In this document: positions 54,984 to 64,000 of the stretch, one piece after another
Position numbering within the stretch: the first letter of the stretch is position 1
Layout of the letters: every line of letters begins with the position of its first letter
NCBI RefSeq assembly: GCF_009914755.1
Contig: NC_060932.1
Length of the DNA stretch: 64,000 bases
Direction: 5' to 3' (one strand)
Origin: the human T2T-CHM13v2.0 reference genome, Homo sapiens
Notes under the pieces: model-generated
Databases searched by the model: none
What the model saw: the letters and a program-made list of their open reading frames with translations, nothing else
What the model was told of the DNA's origin: nothing
Program-made: the position numbers and the translations under genes

Positions 54984-55719
54984 TAAATTTTTATAATGTT
55001 GAATTGCTTCCAAGTTGAACATGAATATGACAAAGCTCCACTATCTTTCAGTATGCCCTTCTGTGCCCAGCATCAGCTCTAGGAAAAAACTAGTTAGATT
55101 AGTTGGCCATTCTACACTTGTTCCTAACATACCTTCCATCTTGCTGCCTACCCCCGTGTCCACACAATTGAGGTTCCCATCTAGTTGCCCACCAGCTTAT
55201 CTCTACTCCCTTCGTCTTTTCATCCATTGTATATTTCACTTAACTCAAGTCTCCTCTCCACATCCAAATTTGGGGTACTGTGACATTTCAGACAGGGAGA
55301 AATTCTTGCACCAAAGGCCTTCTGTTTCCCTATGAGGAGGCTAAATCTGTTGAGCATTATACCTATCATTTCATACATATTTGAACATTAAAACTAATCA
55401 TCTGTGGGAAATTAAGATTCCTTTTAATAAGGAAACGAAATTTCTGGTAATTCATTAGTTGCCCCAATGTGAAAAACACATCACAATATTTGTTTTAAAC
55501 TTTCTTGTGTCATCATTTCAGAATTCTATCATTTGGTTTAAATTGTGTTTTGAGCCCATGTGCAATATATTGATATTGGCTAAATTTTTATTATTATCTA
55601 CACTTTAAAAATGGCCCCCAAAGCTTGCAAACTTTTCTTATGAGAGTCATACTGAGAGGAGAAGACTCAACTTTTTATGCCTATCTTGTACCCTAGATAT
55701 TTAGATCATTTGTTATCTG

Positions 55720-55847
55720 TTTTCCCTTGTAAAATATACACTCCATGAGACAGAAATGCTTATGTTTCATTCATGGCAATAAAGTCCAATCCTAAAACAG
55801 TGCCTGATACATACGTTTTCAACAAATATTTGTTAAATAAATGAATG
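55720..55847 (+). mobile_element. L2 3' end fragment
   Basis: CTCCATGAGACAGAAA...AAACAGTGCCTGATACAT...AAATATTTGTTAAATAAATGAATG. Confidence 0.7.
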
Positions 55848-56925
55848 TCCCTTGCATCATTTGGCTGTTTCCTAATAAAGCATGGTTTGTTAATATCTTG
55901 CCATAATGGCTTTCATCCTCTGGCAGTACATTAGCTTGTCAATCATCTTTTTAAAATGTGGTTACCTTGTTAAAAATGCTGAAGCACATAGAACTGGTTC
56001 AAACTTGATGTTAGTTTACCCACGACGTCTCTTCACTAAGAGTTCGTGTTCTGTTTTCATTTAAAATTCTTTTCAAGTATTGGCTGGAATTTGGCCACAA
56101 GATGGAGTGGCAGCACAAAGTAGATAGAGTTATTTAAATAGATTTGGCCATCGTTGTTGCAATGAAGTGGCTTGAATGATTATTTTTGTCTTAAAAGCTT
56201 GGGGGCATTTTAACTATTTATATTAGTTATCTACTTTAATTTGGTGATCTTTATTTGGTGATCTTCATCCATTGAGAGAAAGAGATGACAACCAAAACCA
56301 CAAATCCTCTGATCCCAAGAATACACCACTTTATATTTACCTATTGACTTTCTTTACTTACACCTTCATTTTAAAGGATATCTTTTATAGTTTATCACTT
56401 GTCATTTTGGTCATGTGTTTAATAACTGGTTAAGCCTCTTAGAGACACTTGAATCAGGAGTCTGGAGATATCGGTAGGGTATATGATCATTTATGTGAAA
56501 ATCCTACTCCATTTCATCTTATCTCTAATCCCCAATGCTATAGGGTCATCAACTGTCCGTCTCAAAGTCCCAGTAGAACATAATTTGTTCCTGTAGTAAT
56601 TAAATGAGGACAAAACTCAATATAATGAACACCCGTGCATAAGATAAAATTCATGATTTGGACAGACCTAAAAGAGCCTCTGACTCTTCAATGCACTCGA
56701 CAGAAATTACTCTGATGTCTTTACTACACTTCAATCAAACCATCGATGGATTTTGTTTACGTCTATGCTGTTTTCATTTTGGCAACTAAACTGTTTGTAT
56801 CTAATAAAATGAATATAGTCTAGAATTCAGATAAACTTAGCCATCTTCAATTACTAGTTATTTGCTGAAAGCATGTAAATACATATTTTTAGGCCAACTC
56901 TTTTTATTTCAAAAGTTTTTATTTC

Positions 56926-57235
<310 letters not shown>

Positions 57236-58129
57236 TTAAAATGAGAAAAATTTCTTAGGTGTAAACAGATTACCACAATTTTTGATTTGTCCAACAAAAT
57301 AAAGAATTAATATTTATTAAGTATTATATAAACACTGTCAATATAACTTAGCTTCAGCATAAAATAACAAAATGTACGATCTTAAAAATAAAAAAGAATT
57401 TTTTCACCGTGCTCTTCTAATCTTCACTCTAAAAGAAGCTTATAAAAGGAGAAATAAAAAGACTTGAATTTGTTTTAATTTTTTAGAAAAGTCCTATATT
57501 TGGATTTGTCAAAAATTTACCTTTTTATGCAGTCTTATACCTCCAAATGCTAACTTTTTCTTTGAGATATATGAAGATTCAAAGCTAAAATAAAATGAAG
57601 TAAAAATTAAATAGCTTTTCTTCAATATGAAAAAGAGTAAGTCGTACTTCTCTAAAGTCCATTTTCGGATAACTAATAAGGTTATGAATTTTGAGCTAGT
57701 GCAATTATGTACAATTACGCTCCCTTTCTTTCCTTCCAAACTTCAGTTACATTTTAAACGAATTTGTTTCTTTTTAAATGTTTCAAAATTTTGTACATAT
57801 TTTTAAAATCATTGCTAAATTATCCCTCCAGAAGGCAGTATGATCATGTCAGTGGACATGAACAGAGCAGGACTTTCCAGAAAATAGAACAGATAAAATC
57901 AAATGCTATTAAATAACAACAGAGTAATGGCTGAACGTATTTCTAATTTTCTTTCCTTTCCTTTCACTCTCAAAGGAAAAACCACAACATAAGATCCCAA
58001 AAGGGGAGCACAGAGAAGTGAAAACAGGCATTTTGTTAGGATAGTAGTGAAAGGAAGCTAAAAGATGGAGGGAAAAAAGCTTTAAAGGGAATGCATTTTT
58101 TCCAAATAATGTTAGATGTCATTTTCTTC

Positions 58130-58360
58130 TGGAAGCCTTTCCTAACTAATCCTCAAGGTCTGAGGCAATGTTCTTCTTAGGCACTCCTGGAACCTCCTGT
58201 ATTTCCTATGCCATACTATTTCTCACACTGAATTGTTATTACTGTTTACTTATCTATATCACACACTACACAGTAAGATCCATGAGAGCCTCTATCAGCT
58301 TTATATGTCCCGGGCCCATTAAAGTATTTGTCACATAGTGGCTTCTCAATAAATATTTTA
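58130..58360 (+). mobile_element. L2 3' fragment
   Basis: CTGGAAGCCTTTCCTAAC...CACATAGTGGCTTCTCAATAAATATTT. Confidence 0.65.
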
Positions 58361-58987
58361 TGAAGGGAGGAAATATTTTACTAATACATGGATTTAATTA
58401 CACACACACACACATTATTCGGCAATTATAATATAAGGTGTCTGGACAGCATTTCTGGTATCAACAGCTAAAATTTCTGGATAAAAAAACTTTAAAAATA
58501 TTTTCAACTGCATGGCTGAGTTGGCATAAAAGTAAGAGTAATTCCAGAAGTTCAGATAGAATGAGGGCACCCAAATCTGGAGAGAAAAGGATTGGCTGGA
58601 GCTGCTATTCTCCTCCTAGCACCTGCTGATACCTGGCAGTGCACAGACTGGACTCAAACATACTTTGCCCAAAAAGGAGAAAAGACAAAATCTTGTTGTA
58701 ACTTGAGAGTTCAGATCAGAGACTCTTGTATAAAATCAATATACCTCCAATGGAAACCACACAACATAAAACACAAAAACGGGAAAATACAAAAGAAGAC
58801 AGTGAAGTTATTTATTTGTTATATTTTAACTCTCTGCAGAGAAGAAATAGAAAATACATGTCTCTACAGTGAAAGCCATTATGGGTCATTAGTTTAATGT
58901 TGATCCTAGATGACTTGAAAAACCAATGCAAATCCTTTCTGGGAGAGGGCATCTTAAACCCGAGTATAAAAAAATAAAATGAAATAA

Positions 58988-59150
58988 GGCTGGGTGCAGT
59001 GGCATGAGCCTGTAGTCCCAGTTATTTGAGAGGCTGAGGTGGGAAGATCACTTGAGCCTAGGAGTTCAAGGCTGCAATGACCTAGGATTGCAACATTGTA
59101 CCCCACTCTGAGCAACAGAATGGGACCTTGCCTCAAAAATAAATAATTAA
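58988..59150 (+). mobile_element. Alu monomer (FRAM/FAM-like)
   Basis: Single Alu arm GGCTGGGTGCAGTGGC...CCTTGCCTC followed by an A-rich tail. Confidence 0.85.
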
Positions 59151-60479
59151 TTAATAAAATGAAAGAACCATGTTCCAAGCAATCCGATGTAATAATTTTA
59201 AAAATTGAATCTCACTTAAACTGCAGGTATTTAAATTTAAATTACCAAATATGGAACATAAAAATAGTAATTTTTTAATCTTTAAAGAAATCAAAGTAGA
59301 TACTAAAATTATAATACATAAATAAAAGACTTTTAAAAATAACTAGGAAGCTTTAACAATAAAGTAATCTGAAAGGGAAAAAATTAATGATTGCTACTAG
59401 AGACTCAATGGATGTGTTGCCTAGCAGATTAATCTGAGATGAAGAAAGAATTTCTCAACTAGTGATAACTCTCAAGCAAACTGCTTAGAATGCAGACAAT
59501 GAGATGTACTGATAGGAAATATAAAAAGGTAAAATGAGAAGAAAAATATTGAATATACATTTAATTATTTCAGGAGGAAAAAAGAGATTATGGTGAAGAA
59601 GCAATATTTGAAGAGTTAGTGGCTCAGAACTTTCTAGAATCAATGAAAAACCTCATTCTTTATATTTAACAGAACCTAACAAACACTAAACATAATAATA
59701 AAAAGAAATCCATATCACACATATTGTATTTCAACTGCAGAACATTAAAGATAAAGAGAAGATTTTTTTAATTTAAATTTAAATTTTATTTTATTTTAAG
59801 GTTATTTCTGTATAACAACCCCGGCTGGAGTTGAAGGGACAGAGGGAGGTGGTAAGAGGACACTTTACCTACAAAAGAATAATAATTTCCACAGGGCTAA
59901 TTTCTAAACAGCAATAAAAGTCAGAAGATGGTGTATTAATATCTTCAAAATACTGACAAAAAATAACTCTCAACCTAGATTTTTATAAACAGTGTAACTA
60001 CCGTTTAAGAAAAAGAATGAAATGAAGATATCTTCAAGCCAAGATGAAGAGTATAAAGTTGTGAGAGAGGCTAAAATGGTGAACGAATTATTCTGCCTTA
60101 TCAATTCTAAAGGAACTAGGGAGGAAAAATGAAGAAAACCGGAAGAAACCCCTGGAGTGATGCTGGGGATAGGAAGCTATTTTTAACTAGTGTGTATGGA
60201 GGGGTGTGGATTTGGCCTAGGATAGGAGATAGCCTGTCAAGATTATAAACATATATAAAGATTTAAAGAAAATAAAATAGAGAGGTGAGCTGTTTGGAAA
60301 GCTGCTTTTGCTTCTTCCAGCTATTGCCTTGGGGAATAATGCCTGACCCACACCTACCTGTTTCCTGGTCCCCTCAAGGATAAAACCAGACAAGCTCAGA
60401 AGTGGTTCGCCTGTGAGATGCTGAGAAAAATGGGTGGAGAAGAGTGGTTGTAGTTTCATGGTTCACAGAGCTCTTCATC

Positions 60480-61220
60480 TATATTAGTTTTCTCTTGCTG
60501 TCAAACAATATTACCATTAAGACAACATACATTTCTTACTACAGGACAGGAGTCTGGGCATGATTTAGCTGGGTTCTCTGGGAAGCCATAATCAAAGTGT
60601 TGCTTGGTGCTGTGGTCTCATAGGAGGCTTAACTAAGCAAGGCTCCACTTCCAAGCTCACTCTAGTTCTTCACAGAATTTAGATGATTAAATAAATTAAT
60701 ATATTAATATTATTTATTAAATATTAATGATTTAATAAATCATTAGAATGATTAAAATAAATTAGTTTAGCTAGCTGGTTGAATATAAACTGAATTTCAA
60801 CTTCATTGAATTTCCACAAAACAGCAACAGCTCAAATATTTGATTTAAGGCAGATATTATTTAAAGTAGCAACAAAAATGTTTGTAGGACTGAGGGCTTT
60901 AGTTCTTTGCAGTTTGTCAGCTGTGGGCCTCCCCAGACACTAGAGATCACCTACTTGACCATGTGCAGTTTCCCAGCATGACTTGTGGCTTCCTTAGAGA
61001 CAACAGCGGAGGAAGAGACTCCAGGAAGATGGTTACTATAAATGTATGCATGTAGTCACACACATGTAATCACATACATCCTGTCACCTTTCCTGTATTC
61101 TATTGGTTAGGAGCAAGTCACATGTCATGTCTGCACTCAAGGGTAAGGTACAATGCAAGGGTACAAACATTGAAAGGCAGGAATCATGGGGGAGAGCACT
61201 CTAGCATATGTGCAGACTGT
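60480..61220 (-). mobile_element. MLT1 (D/E-like) LTR containing a foreign insertion
   Basis: TATTAGTTTTCTCTTGCTG...CTTCCAAGCTCAC...CAGAATT[insert]TGTAGGACTGAGG...TTCTATTGGTTAGGAGCAAGTCAC. Confidence 0.8.
60747..60879 (+). repeat. Direct near-identical copy of 63517-63650
   Basis: 133 vs 134 bp, with 4 substitutions and a 1-bp indel. Confidence 0.95.
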
Positions 61221-64000
61221 CTCAAGGGTCCCTCAAGCCTCCTCTCTCTCCATCCCAGCCTCTGAGCTCTTTGGGATTGACAGGAACGGGTGCTGGACTT
61301 TCCTCTGTATATTCCCTGACAGAGTAGCTGATAACTCTAAAGAAAATGAACCCAGATGCCAAAATTACTAGGCAGCTGGAGAACCTAACCATTCCAAAAG
61401 AAAATATTTTCATAAGAACAAGAAATGAAAAAGTTGACTACCAACAGAACCTCTCTAAACATATGTCTCAAGAATGTACTCCAGAAGAAGGAAAATAATC
61501 TCAGAAGGAAGGTGTGTGAGAATCCACTGATGTAGTCCATACAGGCTTGCCTTCTGGGGCAGTAAATTAGCTGGATAAGTATGAAGAAAAGACATAAAAG
61601 TTATCTTGCAAAACCCAAATTTTAGTCTTTTGCTGCTTTTATGCAATACACTTAAAACATAACAATACAGAATGTTTGAAAGGAAATGTATTGCATAACA
61701 TACCAGAAAAATGTTAATCCATCAAATCAAATAGACTTCCAGGCCAAATAAACAAATGCTAAAGAAAATCACTGACTATTACTAAAAGGCTTATATAATT
61801 CTAAACTAATATAAAATTTTTAAAATGGTTTCAAAATATATAAGCAAAAACGCATATAAGTACATGAAGAAATTGACAACTTTTCATTACAATGGGCTGT
61901 CTCTGAGCAATTGATAAATCAAGCAGAAAAAGAAATCAGAAAGGATGCCACAGATTTGGAGCACACAATTAACTTTATCTAATGGATATAGAAAAAATAT
62001 TGCATTCAACATCTGAAGAATACATATTGTCTTCAAGCACATGTAATGTATATAAAAACTGTCAGTGTACTAAGTAAACAAGCAATTTTCAACACTTAAA
62101 AAAATCAGTTTCTTTCAAACTACATTCTCTGACTACATTACAATTAAGTTTGAAATTAAGCAGAAAAACATAATAGAAAACTTGATACATCTAAAATGCT
62201 TAAAAACTTGACTGTAATTAATTACTTCAATTACTTAATTTATTTGACCTCATAGGTCAAAATTAAAATTGAACTGAATCATAATTAAAATGATACGTGT
62301 TGAAACGTGACTTTTTGTGAAAAATCATTACAAGAAAGATACTTATAACATAAAATGTACATTTTAAAAAAAGAAGAAATACTGAATAGTTGTACATTAA
62401 CCATCAAACTTGAAAGATCAGAAAAGGAACAATAGAAAAACCTCCCAAAAAGTTGAAAGAAAGGAATAATAATGCTAGCACTAGAAATTAATGAAATAGA
62501 AAAGAGTCATAAAGAAAGAGAGGAATGAAAATACTAAAGTTAGTTCTTTAGCAAGACTAATAAAATTGAAAAACATCTAGAACTATTGCTAAAAGAAAAA
62601 GAGAGGGACCAAATAAATAATATAAGGAAGCAAAAAGGACATACAAATAGATATAGCTGAGATTAAAAAGATAATGAACCTATTAAAATAAGAATACTAG
62701 TAAATTGAAACCATTAGGAGAATGAAAGTCTTAAAAATCTCATAGGAGGAAAATAGAAAATCTAAATGATTTTTGTAATGTTACAAAATGGAGCTATAGA
62801 AATTGATGCAATCGAATATTTTTATATTCCAACCCCCCGCCACACACACACACAAAGACAAGGCCCAAATGTTCACAGACAGGTTCTATTCAATGTTCAA
62901 ATAACAGAAATAGTCTTATGGTTTTATTTCAAAAAACATATAAGAAAAAATTCCATTTCACATGTCTAGTATTACCTTAATATCAAAAATCCATCAAGAA
63001 TAATAAGTAAATAAGAAACTATAATTGTATATAACACATGAATCTGGAACAAAATTTTAGCTAACAAAATCAGTAATCAAACTCAAAAATGTATTTAAAA
63101 TAACACACTAATATCAAGTATGATTTATTCTATAAATAAAAGTTTACATCTAAAAACTATTAATATTATTTCATATATTAAAAATTATCACATAAATATT
63201 AAATCATCTCAGATTTAAAGAATTAACTTTGATAATATCTAAAGTCAATTCATTATATAAACTCTTAGTATTCTGGGAAAAGAAGAAATGTCATCACAGA
63301 ATGAAGACCACATATCCTACACAGTAGAGAAACATTAAAAGCTTTCCCCTCAAAATCAGAAGCAAGAAAAAAAAATGCATAATTACATTCCTTATTTTCA
63401 ACTAGCACAATATGCCAGGAAAAACAAATAAAAGGTAAAATACTAGAAAAGGAAAAAATTAAACTGTTATTCTCAAATGATGATAGTCTATCTGGAAGAC
63501 ACAGAACTTAAAGACAAATGATTAAAATAAATTAGTTTAGCTAGCTGGCTGAATATAAACTTAATTTCAACTTCAGTTGAATTTCCACAAAAGAGCAACA
63601 GCTCAAATATTTGATTTAAGGCAGATATTTTTTAAAGTAGCAACAAAAATATGAAAATCAAGAATAAATTATAAAAGATGGGTCAGACCTTATGGGATAA
63701 ATTATAAAACTTCATTGTGTGATATTAAGATAAACCAATTAATGAAAAAATTTACTGTAACCAAGTTAAGGAGGACTCAGTATTGAAAAGATATCAATTA
63801 TCCCCAAGTTAATCAAAATAATTTATATAGAATTTGACAAAATTAGTCTAAGTTCATATGTAAAGGCAAAATGGCCGAAGTTAATCAAGATGAACAGGAA
63901 GGAGAATGCAATAATGTAGAGAAGACTGATCATGCAGTAGTATAGATCCCAGAAACATAAATGAAAACTTAGTGCATATACAGGTTATACTGCATATCAG

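Larger units (their letters stand above)
59200..64000 (+). mobile_element. Highly diverged L1 (L1ME/L1M5-like) ORF1 and ORF2 remnants, running off the window end
   Basis: A-rich sense strand. ORF1 motifs (GAAGCAATATTTGAAGAG, TATCTTCAAAATACTGAC) and ORF2 motifs (CATTCTCTGACTACA, ATTACCTTAATATCAAAA, CTTTCCCCTCAAAATCAG). Confidence 0.7.

Overview
Primate (Alu-, THE1- and L1PA-containing, human/ape-like) intergenic or intronic DNA, more than half of it decayed transposable elements. I see no host protein-coding gene and no prokaryote-type system. The long ORFs in the track are L1 ORF1/ORF2 or MaLR-internal remnants, or chance frames. The window holds two large L1s (an L1PA7/8-like copy with its 5' end intact but cut off inside ORF2, and a near-full-length L1PA16/L1PB4-like copy), older L1M/L2/MIR fragments, about 11 Alus, two full-length MaLR proviruses, several solo LTRs, a MADE1 MITE, an RNY1 (Y RNA) retropseudogene and a (TA)33 tract. 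The most unusual signals are templated DNA-repair or replication scars. At 16964-17330 a fold-back hairpin and a ~98%-identical inverted copy of local DNA from 6 kb upstream join a truncated L1 to a truncated Alu. At 60671-60879 a 133-bp copy of DNA from 2.8 kb downstream sits inside an MLT1 LTR behind a hairpin filler. Smaller iterative scars also occur. Three co-oriented CTCF-like motifs lie at 22.0-24.4 kb. Repeat subfamily names come from recalled consensus sequences. Boundaries of old repeats are approximate (tens of bp) and need RepeatMasker/Dfam confirmation.
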